This document shows positions 1 through 10,092 of a DNA stretch of 64,000 nucleotides, piece by piece (within the stretch, counting starts at the first letter, position 1; every line of letters begins with the position of its first letter). The stretch spans positions 192,001-256,000 of the forward strand of contig JAWAJB010000001.1 in the NCBI GenBank assembly GCA_038888155.1, in the 5' to 3' direction. A program made the position numbers and the translations under genes. Below the pieces are notes generated by a model. The model saw only the letters and a program-made list of their open reading frames with translations. It did not search any database and was not told the DNA's origin. The DNA comes from Desulfurococcaceae archaeon. Lineage in GTDB: Archaea; Thermoproteota; Thermoprotei_A; Sulfolobales; Desulfurococcaceae.

Positions 1-2
1 TA

Positions 3-173
3 ACGCTAACGCTAGGCGTTATTGCAGTTTTCAGCATTTTAGGCTGGATAGGCTACACGCTAGTAACTACCCCGCCGCCGAAGCCTATAGAGGAAATAGA
101 GAAGGAAATAGAAGAAGAGCTAAAGAAGCTAGAACAAGAGACAAAGCAACAAGAGGGCACAAAAAGCTCCTAA
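3..173 (+). CDS. Partial (5'-truncated) small conserved archaeal membrane protein
   Basis: Hand translation ...LGVIAVFSILGWIGYTLVTTPPPKPIEEIEKEIEEELKKLEQ...* gives a TM helix, a WIGYT..TTPPPKP motif and a charged tail; stop TAA at 171-173. Confidence 0.75.
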   Translation, partial: TLTLGVIAVFSILGWIGYTLVTTPPPKPIEEIEKEIEEELKKLEQETKQQEGTKSS

Positions 174-310
174 AGATTTGTGCTCGAACACTGGGCGCTT
201 TTCGTAAACAGTTAACGCGACAGAGTGTTGAAGGGTAGTTAGACTAATCAAGCCCTTAATTTAAAAAAGCTTACCCCATAGCTTAGCTCACTCTTCTCAA
301 AGTTCTTATC

Positions 311-366
311 GCTCTCAGCTCTATTGCTCTTCACAGTTCAGCGTTCGGATACCTTCATCATTGAGC
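311..366 (-). ncRNA. C/D box guide sRNA
   Basis: Minus strand GCTC-A-ATGATGA(C)-AGGTATCCGAACG-CTGA(D')-ACT-GTGAAGA(C')-GCAATAGAG-CTGA(D)-GAGC: four boxes, 4-bp terminal stem, TATA-like AATTATAG ~24 nt upstream. Confidence 0.85.
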
Positions 367-409
367 CTTTTTAAGTGTATTAATGCTCTCTATAATTGTG
401 GGGATAGTT

Positions 410-1246
410 ATGTGTAGAATTATTGCACTAGCCTCTCATAAATTAAATCCTGACACCCTGAAAACAATAGTTAACTCCTTCATCACGAGTAGCGAGGTAG
501 ATCCATACCTGGCAAGATTGTACGAAGGGACGGTGTGGTCGCACGACGATGGGTGGGGATTTGCCGCCTTAGGCTTAGTAGATGATCGTCCCACGCTGGC
601 TTACCATAGATCTCTCGCGCCAATATTTCACGGATCCTCGAGGAGAGTGCTCTCTCTTCATTTGAGAAAGATCTCCGAGTATCCATTGCTCTACTTGATT
701 ATGCATACGCGCAAAGCCTCTTGGGGCGAGCCCTATGGAATAGATTATGTTCACCCCTTTGTTAGGACCTACAAGAACGGCGTTGCTTGGTTTGTGCACA
801 ATGGCGGAGCTGACAAAAAAGCTCTAGCTGAGAAGCTTAACACCTACCCTTGGACCCGCGTAGACTCAGAGTTGCTTGGCCAATATATTGCCGACAACAT
901 TCACGCCTGCGTTGAAGGTGGCGGGCATATTGACAATTGCGCTGTATCAGCTTACAGTGAAGCTAGAGAGTATATTATAAAGGGGGCAGGATTTAACACT
1001 GCTCTCATGTGGCTAGACGGCAACAAGATCCACCTATACCTATCTCACTGGGTTCGCGAACCATATAGGGGCGAAGTAAAGGAATTTTACTCCGTAGTCG
1101 CATACAATGATCAAAACACTGCTCTTGCCAGCACTATCACGCTGAGGAATTACTTACCAAGCTCTATGGCCAACAAAACATACGTGTTGGAGCCAGGGCT
1201 GTATAAAATAGGGCCGGGGAGCGTATTAAAGCTATCAAGTCTTTAA
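410..1246 (+). CDS. Class II glutamine amidotransferase (Ntn hydrolase) family protein
   Basis: Start revised to ATG410, giving N-terminal M-C-R (Cys1 nucleophile); motifs HDDGWG, HTRKAS, HPF, HNG, DSE. Confidence 0.85.
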   Translation: MCRIIALASHKLNPDTLKTIVNSFITSSEVDPYLARLYEGTVWSHDDGWGFAALGLVDDRPTLAYHRSLAPIFHGSSRRVLSLHLRKISEYPLLYLIMHTRKASWGEPYGIDYVHPFVRTYKNGVAWFVHNGGADKKALAEKLNTYPWTRVDSELLGQYIADNIHACVEGGGHIDNCAVSAYSEAREYIIKGAGFNTALMWLDGNKIHLYLSHWVREPYRGEVKEFYSVVAYNDQNTALASTITLRNYLPSSMANKTYVLEPGLYKIGPGSVLKLSSL

Positions 1247-1270
1247 GGACAATAGGTAATAGGCAAGCTG

Positions 1271-2395
1271 GTGGTAATGCCAAATAAGCGTGTGGGGTTT
1301 ATAGTAAACCCCATAGCGGGAATGGGCGGTAGCGTTGGGTTGAAGGGAACGGACGGAGAAGCTTATCTAAAGGCGCTTGAGAGAGGCGCAAAGCCTGTTT
1401 CCCCTCAACGGGCGCTTGATTTTTTAAACAACTTAAAATCTAACTTTTTTGATCTAGTGTCCGCCCGAGATATCATGGGCGAAGAAGTTGTAAGAATGAG
1501 TAGACATTGCAACAAATTAGTACAAGTAGTGGGAAACGCTAGGTATCCTACGAGTAAAGAAGATACAATAGAGGCTGCACGAGCCATGAAGGACTTAGTG
1601 GACATTATAGTCTTTGTTGGCGGCGATGGCACGGCACGCGATATTCACGAGGCTGTAGGTACGTCTATACCAGTTGTGGGAGTGCCGAGCGGAGTGAAAA
1701 TGTACAGTTCTGTGTTCGCTGTAAGCCCCATTGCAGCTGCTTCGCTAGTTGGCTACTACTTAGAGGGGAAAACCGCTCTCGTTGAAAGAGAGGTACTAGA
1801 TATAGACGAAGATGCCTTTAGAAAAGATTGCCTCTTGGTAAGGCTGTGGGGGTACCTACTGGTACCAATTCACGAAAACCTCGTTCAGTCATCTAAGGCA
1901 GTATATTCAGGAGAAGACGAGGATTTAGCTAGAGAGGCTATCGCGGAGTTCATTGTTGAGAACATGGAGCCCGGAGTCCCATACATTTTGGGGCCGGGAA
2001 CTACAGTAAAGGCAATTTGCAAGAAGTTGGGGTTGAGCTGCACCACACTAGGCGTCGACGTTGTGTTGAACAGAGAGCTAATAATAAGAGATGCCTGTGA
2101 GCGCGATCTAAGCGAACTAATTGAGAAGTATCCTCGCGCTAAGATAGTTGTTACCCCTATAGGCGGGCAGGGCTTCCTATTCGGTAGGGGCAACCAGCAA
2201 ATATCTTGGCGGGTTGTCTCAGCAGTAAACGCGAATGACATAATTGTTGTTTCAACTGAGAGAAAAATTCGAGAGCTACCGTACTTAATGGTAGATACAG
2301 GCAGCTTTCACGTTGATAGTAAACTTTGCGGTTACATTAGGGTTCTTGTTGACTACAACAAGTACAGAGTGATGAGAGTAATTAGCGGGACTTGA
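1271..2395 (+). CDS. ATP-NAD kinase/AcoX-like family protein
   Basis: VNPIAGMGG, GGDGTARD, GVKMYS, GQGFLFGRGNQQ motifs. Confidence 0.8.
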   Translation: MVMPNKRVGFIVNPIAGMGGSVGLKGTDGEAYLKALERGAKPVSPQRALDFLNNLKSNFFDLVSARDIMGEEVVRMSRHCNKLVQVVGNARYPTSKEDTIEAARAMKDLVDIIVFVGGDGTARDIHEAVGTSIPVVGVPSGVKMYSSVFAVSPIAAASLVGYYLEGKTALVEREVLDIDEDAFRKDCLLVRLWGYLLVPIHENLVQSSKAVYSGEDEDLAREAIAEFIVENMEPGVPYILGPGTTVKAICKKLGLSCTTLGVDVVLNRELIIRDACERDLSELIEKYPRAKIVVTPIGGQGFLFGRGNQQISWRVVSAVNANDIIVVSTERKIRELPYLMVDTGSFHVDSKLCGYIRVLVDYNKYRVMRVISGT

Positions 2396-2451
2396 GGAAA
2401 AGCCTTATTTTTAAGTAATTTAAAACTTTATCTTTAGTAAGGTGATTTAGC

Positions 2452-2850
2452 TTGAGCAAAAACTACGAAACGGTAGGAAACCTCAAGGTAGGTAGCTTCA
2501 TTATGATAGATAACGAGCCATGCAGGATTGTTGAGCTGTCGAGAGCCAAGACGGGAAAACACGGAAGCGCAAAGGCGAATATTACTGCAGTAGGCCTCTT
2601 TACGAAGTCAAAGAAAGTGCTCGTAGCGCCTGTTGACTCGCAAGTCGAGATCCCTATAATAGAGAAGAAGATAGGTAGAGTAATAGCGGATTTGGGGGAC
2701 AGGCTTCAAGTAATGGACGCAGATTCCTTTGAAGTGTTTGAAGTCGTTAAAGAGACAATAGATGAGTCCATTAGGGACAAAATATCTACTGACAAAGAAG
2801 TAGAGTACTGGCAGGTATTGAACGCTAGGATTATTATTAGGCCCAGGTAG
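2452..2850 (+). CDS. eif5a: Translation factor aIF5A
   Basis: KTGKHGSAK hypusination motif; TTG start after GGTGA SD. Confidence 0.95.
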   Translation: MSKNYETVGNLKVGSFIMIDNEPCRIVELSRAKTGKHGSAKANITAVGLFTKSKKVLVAPVDSQVEIPIIEKKIGRVIADLGDRLQVMDADSFEVFEVVKETIDESIRDKISTDKEVEYWQVLNARIIIRPR

Positions 2851-2876
2851 CTACACTGCAGGTTTAGCGCACACTG

Positions 2877-3233
2877 CTATATGTCATCCGGTATAAACTC
2901 AGGTTTTTCAGCGAGGGTAACAATTGGTATCGAGATCCCCGGTTTCGGTCCTTTCGTTAGCTCGTACTTCTCCTCGCCTGTATACACAACAATGTAGTTT
3001 GCCCCCGATATCTGGGGATCGTCATCCTTAAATGAGTAGTAATAGAATATCGGGAGGCCGTAGTGTTTGTAGTAGTCCCTGAACACGCCTAGCAAGCCTA
3101 GGATGATCTTATCCTGGTGTTTAAACCTAATTAAGTACGTAGATAACTGGTGAGGAACTACAGTTGATAGGGCTAACCTGACTAGATCATTAAAAGTGGC
3201 CGTCTTTAGTAAAATAACTTTCTCCTCTACCAT
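2877..3233 (-). CDS. Hypothetical protein (crenarchaeal-type)
   Basis: 118-aa ORF, last gene of the reverse gyrase run; no motif recognised. Confidence 0.6.
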   Translation of the reverse strand: MVEEKVILLKTATFNDLVRLALSTVVPHQLSTYLIRFKHQDKIILGLLGVFRDYYKHYGLPIFYYYSFKDDDPQISGANYIVVYTGEEKYELTKGPKPGISIPIVTLAEKPEFIPDDI

Positions 3234-3236
3234 TGT

Positions 3237-4136
3237 TTACACCTGACTGGGCTTCCTAGTAGTATCTAATGTATGTAGGTGCCTTAAGAACTTACTGAGA
3301 TTAGCGATGATTGACCTCAACTCAATGCACCTTGTGTTTCTCTTCTCAGCTGCCTTGAGCACCTTTAGAGGTATGAGAATAATGGATTTCTTTACATCGC
3401 TGTATTCTAAGACAGACTCGTCGGGCGTAGCAATAATCGTGGGGTTCTTGGCTATTACATTTGATTTGTCCAACAAAATAGAGCCAATGTGTATAACAGT
3501 TCCACCGGTGAATATCTGCAGGGAGCTCACTATGTCAGTTAATTTATTTTCAGAGATATTAGTTCCTGAAGACAGTAGCACTACTTCAGCGCCCATTAAC
3601 GTAGTAAGCCTGGCTAATTCAGGCGCCAATATCTCTTCTCCAAGTAGCGCAGTATAGTTTAAGTAGTAGTCAGTAACGAGGTCTAGTTTGTTGCCCGGCT
3701 TCGCACCAACAGCAAGCTCTGCAGGAGAGAGAAGCATCTTCCTTGAAAAGAACCTACACGTGCCCAGTTCTCCATCTACTATTATGTTGGATATGTACAA
3801 GCTCAAGCGGGATTTCTCAATTACGTTCATAGATATTAAAACCAGGGAGCTTGAGTTTGCGATGTGTTTAAGTAGTTTAACGTAGGGGCTCTTTTTATTG
3901 AGGCCAGCAGCTTTAGCAGTTTCAATGTCAACGAAGCTTGGCGCCAAGCCGTTTGGGAGGTAGGGCGGTAGTATAAGCGTTCTTATACTTATTTTACCAG
4001 CATATCGAGTTAAATGCCTAACGTTATCGGTGTTCACTGAAAAAGCCCACATAGAAATCGGCATGTGCACTACACCTAAACGCGGCCCTCCTACATCTTT
4101 AAATAATTCAACTACCTCGAACTTCCCAGCGCTCAC
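3237..4136 (-). CDS. Degenerate carbon-nitrogen hydrolase (nitrilase-fold) protein
   Basis: LILPPY, SRKMLLS and LLGEEILAPELAR align with nitrilase PE / YRKxHL / ICYDxxFPE motifs, but catalytic Glu and Cys are absent; GTGA overlap with rgy. Confidence 0.55.
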   Translation of the reverse strand: MSAGKFEVVELFKDVGGPRLGVVHMPISMWAFSVNTDNVRHLTRYAGKISIRTLILPPYLPNGLAPSFVDIETAKAAGLNKKSPYVKLLKHIANSSSLVLISMNVIEKSRLSLYISNIIVDGELGTCRFFSRKMLLSPAELAVGAKPGNKLDLVTDYYLNYTALLGEEILAPELARLTTLMGAEVVLLSSGTNISENKLTDIVSSLQIFTGGTVIHIGSILLDKSNVIAKNPTIIATPDESVLEYSDVKKSIILIPLKVLKAAEKRNTRCIELRSIIANLSKFLRHLHTLDTTRKPSQV

Positions 4137-7100
4137 TTAGAGAGCCCCTCAATGCACTTTGCTATATCCAAGCTGGGGCTAGGCTCTCCTAGGTTAGATA
4201 GGGTAGCTCTTAGCTCCCCTTCTACAGTTTTCCTTATCTCCTCTTCTCTGTTGATAACGCTTTCCGTCACCTCCGAGTACAACTCCCTTAAAATGCTTTG
4301 GTAGTCCCTTCTACCCTGCTCCACTTGATCCATTAATTCCTCTAGCTTCCCAGTGGTTTCAACGGATAATCTGTCTCCGAAGAACCTAGTTAAAAAGCTG
4401 TGTACAAATATGCCCTTTTCTAAAACTACAAGTGCTTTATACCTCTTCGACACAATAGCGTATCTTCTATCTATTACAGTCTGGATAACTTTTGCGTAAG
4501 TACTAGGCCTCCCAATGCCCTTTTCCTTCATCCACTTTACTACATCGTGGATTTTAGGTAGCGGATATTTGATTTTCTTGATGCCCACCACGTAGCCCGT
4601 CTTTATGCTACCGACTTCTCCAAGCCTGATTATTTGAGGTTGAAAAGTTTCGTACATGTCCAAGAAACCTCTCTCGATCGTCTCGCACAGTATTTCTCTT
4701 TCTACAGCGTGCTTGGCGTTATCTACAATGATCTCCAGCCTAAACTTCTGTTTGCGAACTCTAGCTGGTTTCATTTGGCTCGCAATGAAGCGCCTGAAGA
4801 TCAGATCATACAATTTCAAGTGGTCTCTTGTAAGCCTACCAGAAACAACTAGTGCTCCCTCCTTGACGAGCTCTGCGAGATGATCGGAATCAATGGGCCT
4901 TGTTGGCCTTATAGCTTCGTGTGCCCCCCTATCGCTCCAAGTCCTAGACTTAAAGAAGTCTGCGAGGCGGTGGTGGCCGTACTTTTCCTCGAGGTACTGT
5001 TTAGCCACTTCGACTCCAATGTCGCTGATCCTTAGGCTGTCCGTCCTATGATAAGTTATGAATCCCATCTCAAATAGGTTCTGAGCAAGCTCCATGGTTT
5101 TTGTAGCGTAGAAGCCCAATCGCCTTGAAGCTTCTTCGAGCAGAGAGTCTGTAGTGAATGGCGGCGGGGGCTGAACTTCTTCCTCCCATTGATCTAAAGC
5201 AGTTATCGCTACCTTGGGGTATTCTTTAATTTTACCTCTTTTTTCGTTAGTAGCGTTTAATTTTTCAACTACGCTGTAGTCAACAGCTACGGATAGTTTA
5301 GCACCGTCTTCTAGCTCAACTGTGAGAATGTAGCTAGCCTTTCCTGGATCTTTTGATTTGTTGTATTCATCAATAATGTACCCCAAGACGGGCGTCTGAA
5401 CTCTTCCCGCGCTTAAGTTTCTGTTTGGTTCGCAGCATGACCTGACGTCATCTATTTTACCTTTACTGTAAAGGTAATCCACGCAGTATTTAGGCCAAGC
5501 GAACTTTTGTAGAACGTTTGATAGAGAGAAACCAAGCCACCTGTCCTCAATTCGCCTAACTATTTGAGCCTCGACAAGGCCGACATAGAAGTCTCTCGGG
5601 TTGAGTATGGCGTTTAAGACGGCTCTCCTAGTGACTTCGTGAAACTCCACTCTTTGGACTTTCTCTGCGTAGGGTTCTATTAACACGCGTATATCCCACG
5701 CAATTTTCTCGCCCTCTGAGTCAGGGTCTGTCCCAATTAGCACTACATCTACTTCTCTGGCGAGCCTCCTGAGGGCGTAAATAGCGCTTATCTTTCTGTT
5801 TAAAGATGTTAGCTCGGACTGACACTTAGGACACTTGCTTAAGCCATCATCTGTAAACTGGTGTCCATTGGGACACTTCTTTATATCCGTGTAAATGGGT
5901 ATAAACTCACCACTGTCACCAGCCCCTGACACCAGAATTCCGTGCAAATAGGCGCTGTTCTCAGCCTCAGGCGGCTTGGAGGGATCTACTATTAACTCGT
6001 ACACGTGGCCGCCGCTAGCAACAATGGAGATTATATAGTTGCCTATAGCGATCTCATATGTTTTGAGGCCGTCGATGATTCTGACGCTTGGCTTCCCAAA
6101 GAAATTTGCAATAGTCCTGGCCTTATTTGGCGATTCAACCACTAGTAATGCTGTTTTGATGAGCTCTAATTGAGCGCGGAGCTTCAACTCGCCCCTTAAG
6201 ATCTTCTTTACTGCATCGCGTTGATCTTCGATTTCTTCAATAATTTCCTCTAAGTTCAAATCCTCGAGCTTTGAGAACTTAAACCCCTCGAAGATCCACC
6301 TAAGTCTCCTCGCGAGACCGGATAGCAATCTTTCATCGTCGACAATCACTATTGAAAGGCCCTTAGTTATTCCGCCGGGATAAAGCCTAGAGCATCTGCC
6401 GCTAGCTTGAATGTAAGTTGAGATATCGGGTATGAGAACGTATAATTCGCCGTTCTCTTCGACTATGGCGATGCTGTCTAGCTTTCTGAGCCTTTCAATG
6501 ACATCGCGCATGGACAGCGCGCGCTCTAATATTTTATATGCCCTATACAAGTCTACTATGAGCTGGGTTTCCCCTTCGGCTGAGCCCTTTCCTATAGCTT
6601 CGACTAGCCTCTCCCTAACAGCGAGGAGGGCTCCCTGGCTCATCATTCTAAGCCTCGTTGATATCCTCCCAATGAGTAAATCGACTTCGTTTTTCTCTTC
6701 ATGTACGAGGACGTCTCTCACGGTTATTAGCATTCTGAGCAAATCGAGGGGCGAAACGTTCTCTAACCTAGAGCTAAATTTGTGCCGAGGTACTCCAGCG
6801 AATACGACATATTTAACTGCCTCGGGGAGATCTAAACCCCTTACCATTATTCCATAATAAGTAGCTACTCCAACGAGCGCGTCAAGCTCAGCCCTTGCGA
6901 ACTTCTCTATTAAATCCACTTGCTTCTTGGCGTGAAATGCCTCAACCCTTAAGCCCTGCTTCTTGAGGGTTTCAGCAATGTGCTCGGCGTGTTCTATTCC
7001 CCTGTCCACAGGCACGAATATTAAAATACCATCTCGAAGTTTCTTGACAACTTCACTCAATGTATCCTCGAGGTTTCCACTTCTTGGAATAATGTAAGAG

Positions 7101-8200
7101 TCAATGATGTTTCTTATAGCTTCAGGCTTAGAGCCGGCCTCAAATCCCAAAAAGACGCCGAACAGCTTGTGATAAATTCCCCTTGGCCTACCCGTAGCGC
7201 TATTTACTATTAGAGAGACGCTATAGAGGCTTTCCTTGGCTTTTCTGATGCTCTCCTCTAGCTCAGCTAGCCTTCCTTTGAGCTTTTCAGCGTCTTCTCT
7301 AAGTAGAGATCTCATCCTAGCCTTAAGCCTAATTAGTTCTAGGCCCTTATCTATGAGCTCGTCTGTTAAACCAATGAGGTTTAACAGCCTTCTAACAGCT
7401 TTACCGCTCCTAAGCACAGCGTCCACGTCATCCATAACTAAAAGGCTGTACACCCCCTTAGGAAGAGTGTTTCCGTGCTTGTGCAGGAACGCGCTTGTTG
7501 TCATCAATACATCGAAATCCCCGTCCCTCAACTTACTTAAATACATTTCTCTCTGCTTTCTACTGAGCTTGCCGTGGACGCATACAGCCCTTAAACACTT
7601 ATCCCCCCAATTTTGATCAACGCATATATCAACACCAGCGCTTGAGGCAAAAGCGAGCAGTTTTTTCCAAGCCTGTAATAAAAGTGGCGCAGTAGGAAAA
7701 ACTAAGTAGACTTTCCTCCCCTTGGACTTCTCCTCGGCTGCCTTAAATAGAGTTGCCACGAGAGAGAAAACTGTTTTCCCCATACCAGTAGGAGCAATAA
7801 TGCTGAAAGACTCCCCCCTAATAAGCCTCCGAGCCCACGTTCTCTGAGCGCTCCACATCTTGTAGCCTCCACTGGCTTTTTCGAAGAATTCTTCAAAGTG
7901 CTTGAGCGCCAGCTCTTCCTCTAGAAGTTTCCTCAGGCTTCCCTCTCTTGTTGAGGACTCCAAGTACTTTTTGAGTAATTCGAGCTTGTCTCCCTTCCCG
8001 CTTGCGCTTGACAATATTTCCTCGAGCCTGTCTGTTGGCAGACACTTCTCGCAGGGGGCTTTAAGCAAAAGTCTGAGATCGGAAATTGAGCCGCCGCAGT
8101 TCGGACAAGCGTGTCTATAAATAGCGTGGACTCTGTTAACCCTAGAGATTTCGCTGGTTAGTCCCCCTATAGGTATATTAATCACCAATTTCGTTCTCAC
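4133..8200 (-). CDS. rgy: Reverse gyrase
   Basis: N-terminal CPNCGG..CxxC Zn finger, APTGMGKT, DDVD, QASGRCSR, VESPNKA, DPDSEGE, SAGRVQTP, ITYHRTDS catalytic Tyr, GIGRPSTY; exact start uncertain. Confidence 0.97.
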   Translation of the reverse strand: MRTKLVINIPIGGLTSEISRVNRVHAIYRHACPNCGGSISDLRLLLKAPCEKCLPTDRLEEILSSASGKGDKLELLKKYLESSTREGSLRKLLEEELALKHFEEFFEKASGGYKMWSAQRTWARRLIRGESFSIIAPTGMGKTVFSLVATLFKAAEEKSKGRKVYLVFPTAPLLLQAWKKLLAFASSAGVDICVDQNWGDKCLRAVCVHGKLSRKQREMYLSKLRDGDFDVLMTTSAFLHKHGNTLPKGVYSLLVMDDVDAVLRSGKAVRRLLNLIGLTDELIDKGLELIRLKARMRSLLREDAEKLKGRLAELEESIRKAKESLYSVSLIVNSATGRPRGIYHKLFGVFLGFEAGSKPEAIRNIIDSYIIPRSGNLEDTLSEVVKKLRDGILIFVPVDRGIEHAEHIAETLKKQGLRVEAFHAKKQVDLIEKFARAELDALVGVATYYGIMVRGLDLPEAVKYVVFAGVPRHKFSSRLENVSPLDLLRMLITVRDVLVHEEKNEVDLLIGRISTRLRMMSQGALLAVRERLVEAIGKGSAEGETQLIVDLYRAYKILERALSMRDVIERLRKLDSIAIVEENGELYVLIPDISTYIQASGRCSRLYPGGITKGLSIVIVDDERLLSGLARRLRWIFEGFKFSKLEDLNLEEIIEEIEDQRDAVKKILRGELKLRAQLELIKTALLVVESPNKARTIANFFGKPSVRIIDGLKTYEIAIGNYIISIVASGGHVYELIVDPSKPPEAENSAYLHGILVSGAGDSGEFIPIYTDIKKCPNGHQFTDDGLSKCPKCQSELTSLNRKISAIYALRRLAREVDVVLIGTDPDSEGEKIAWDIRVLIEPYAEKVQRVEFHEVTRRAVLNAILNPRDFYVGLVEAQIVRRIEDRWLGFSLSNVLQKFAWPKYCVDYLYSKGKIDDVRSCCEPNRNLSAGRVQTPVLGYIIDEYNKSKDPGKASYILTVELEDGAKLSVAVDYSVVEKLNATNEKRGKIKEYPKVAITALDQWEEEVQPPPPFTTDSLLEEASRRLGFYATKTMELAQNLFEMGFITYHRTDSLRISDIGVEVAKQYLEEKYGHHRLADFFKSRTWSDRGAHEAIRPTRPIDSDHLAELVKEGALVVSGRLTRDHLKLYDLIFRRFIASQMKPARVRKQKFRLEIIVDNAKHAVEREILCETIERGFLDMYETFQPQIIRLGEVGSIKTGYVVGIKKIKYPLPKIHDVVKWMKEKGIGRPSTYAKVIQTVIDRRYAIVSKRYKALVVLEKGIFVHSFLTRFFGDRLSVETTGKLEELMDQVEQGRRDYQSILRELYSEVTESVINREEEIRKTVEGELRATLSNLGEPSPSLDIAKCIEGLSK

Positions 8201-8253
8201 AGTCTTTTCAGTCTGACTTTTAAGCTTTAGCTATAATTTTGGTTATAGAGCTT

Positions 8254-9690
8254 TTATTTCATAAACCTATCAAGCGCGTACCCAGATATTAGCATGAGGG
8301 ATGATATCCCTAGCACGTAGATTGATATTGGTGCTCCCAATACTGGTTGAGTGAAAGCGCTCCTAGGACCATAAGTGAGCGAGTACAGCACTCCAACAGA
8401 AGCTCCTGCAATAATTGAGAGCGGGCAGGATAGGCGGGTGTACTTTCCTATAAGCTTTTCCCTGTAGATCCCCAAAATGGTTGCAGGGGCCAGCGGCAAC
8501 AGTATAACAGAAGTCAGTACAGATAGCTCGACTATGAATCCTATATTCTGCATCGCTATGATTGAGGCTATCACAACTAACAGAGTGTCCACTAGTCTAG
8601 CAACCATTAATTTCTCCTTTAATAGCACATCCTTGACCACGCTACTAGATACCGCTAACACTATGCTATTGGCTGTCGAGACTCCAGCTGCTATTATTGA
8701 AACAGCAACGATGGAAGCAACCAAGGGATTAAAAAGTGAAAGTAAATATGGCGTTACGTCGTCCCACTTTAAGCCCAAAGGAACTACGCCGCTCAAAGCT
8801 AAGCCGGCCGCGATTAAGCCAACAATTACTGCTATACACGTGTAGATGTAGCCGTAAACAGAGAATAGCACGCCCATCTTCCTGTACGAGCTTTCATCCT
8901 TAGGTAAATATAGCCTTATAACTACCTGTGGGTTTGTCAGCGCAAAGAATACCCAGGGAGTGGTATAAGCTAAAAACACGTGCGGCTTCCAGAACTCCCC
9001 TAAGCCCAAGTACCCATTATCTCCGAGTATTTCAAGCAAAATTCCATAATTAGCCCCAGAAGTAGTGCCTAAGTAGGCTAACACTGAGGTTAAGTACAGG
9101 AAGCCCCCAGCAAGGGATAATATACCTTGGTATAGGTCTGTTAGTGCAACGCTCCACATTCCAGCGACAATGATCCACAAATAAGTGAGGCAGGTAGATA
9201 TGAAAATAGATGAAGCTCTATCTAGCCCACCGTACCTGAAAAGCGCGCTCAATCCCTGTAGCTGTGCCGCTAGATAGGGTATCATGGCAAACAGGTAAAT
9301 TAATGCCACTATTTTGGAAATCGCGCGCGAATTATATAGCTCCCCTATCATCTGAGAGGATGAAATCCACTTTCTCTGCTTGGACATACTCCAGATCTTG
9401 AGGCCTACAGTAGATAGAAAAAATACCGTTGCAACGAGGTACAGAAGCTCAAATCCTAGGGCGCCAACTCCAGTTGCGTAGGACAAACCTACGAGACCAA
9501 CCATCATGAACGTGCTATAAGTTGTAGCGGCGTAAGTACCTGCCGATATTATCCCACCGAGCCTACCGCTTGCAGTGTAGTAGTCTCGGATGTCCTTAGT
9601 GAAGTACCTCCTAGAAGTAAATGCAATTACGGACCCTATGAAAAAATAGACTGCTAAAATCGCGAAGAACTCAACTCTGAGTGAGCTCAT
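8254..9690 (-). CDS. Sodium:solute symporter (SSS) family transporter
   Basis: Many TM helices; DYYTASGRLG, ATTYSTFMMVG, SVALTDLYQG, AAGVSTANS. Confidence 0.88.
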   Translation of the reverse strand: MSSLRVEFFAILAVYFFIGSVIAFTSRRYFTKDIRDYYTASGRLGGIISAGTYAATTYSTFMMVGLVGLSYATGVGALGFELLYLVATVFFLSTVGLKIWSMSKQRKWISSSQMIGELYNSRAISKIVALIYLFAMIPYLAAQLQGLSALFRYGGLDRASSIFISTCLTYLWIIVAGMWSVALTDLYQGILSLAGGFLYLTSVLAYLGTTSGANYGILLEILGDNGYLGLGEFWKPHVFLAYTTPWVFFALTNPQVVIRLYLPKDESSYRKMGVLFSVYGYIYTCIAVIVGLIAAGLALSGVVPLGLKWDDVTPYLLSLFNPLVASIVAVSIIAAGVSTANSIVLAVSSSVVKDVLLKEKLMVARLVDTLLVVIASIIAMQNIGFIVELSVLTSVILLPLAPATILGIYREKLIGKYTRLSCPLSIIAGASVGVLYSLTYGPRSAFTQPVLGAPISIYVLGISSLMLISGYALDRFMK

Positions 9691-9871
9691 TGGACACGCT
9701 ACCTCTATAGAGCTTCAAAATAGACAGGACAATCGAAACAATTGAGGATATACCCCAAAACATGGCCAAGGATATATCCCGTGCTTTAGCCAACATAGCA
9801 TATGGGACTACATAGCAAGCAGTTATGATAGCTAGTTGCGCAAAAAGGTGTAGTTTGACCATAGAGATCAC
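9671..9871 (-). CDS. Small two-TM accessory protein of the SSS transporter
   Basis: 66-aa hydrophobic ORF overlapping the symporter start, a typical SSS partner arrangement. Confidence 0.6.
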   Translation of the reverse strand: MISMVKLHLFAQLAIITACYVVPYAMLAKARDISLAMFWGISSIVSIVLSILKLYRGSVSNELTQS

Positions 9872-10092
9872 AAAACTGCCCGGGTCTCAATTCTTTTTGT
9901 TACAAAGGATATATTTTCCAGGGGTTAAAAAGATTGCCGACATTATTGCCTTGAACAAAGGGGTATCCTTTTTCTAGGTAGCTGAGCTGCTGGAAGATCA
10001 ATTGGGAGGGTAAGTATTAAATCGGGGACCGGGGTGTGGGCTACCGCTTTGCAGTTTAAAGTCTTATACGACTTAATTGTTTATAGGGCTTA

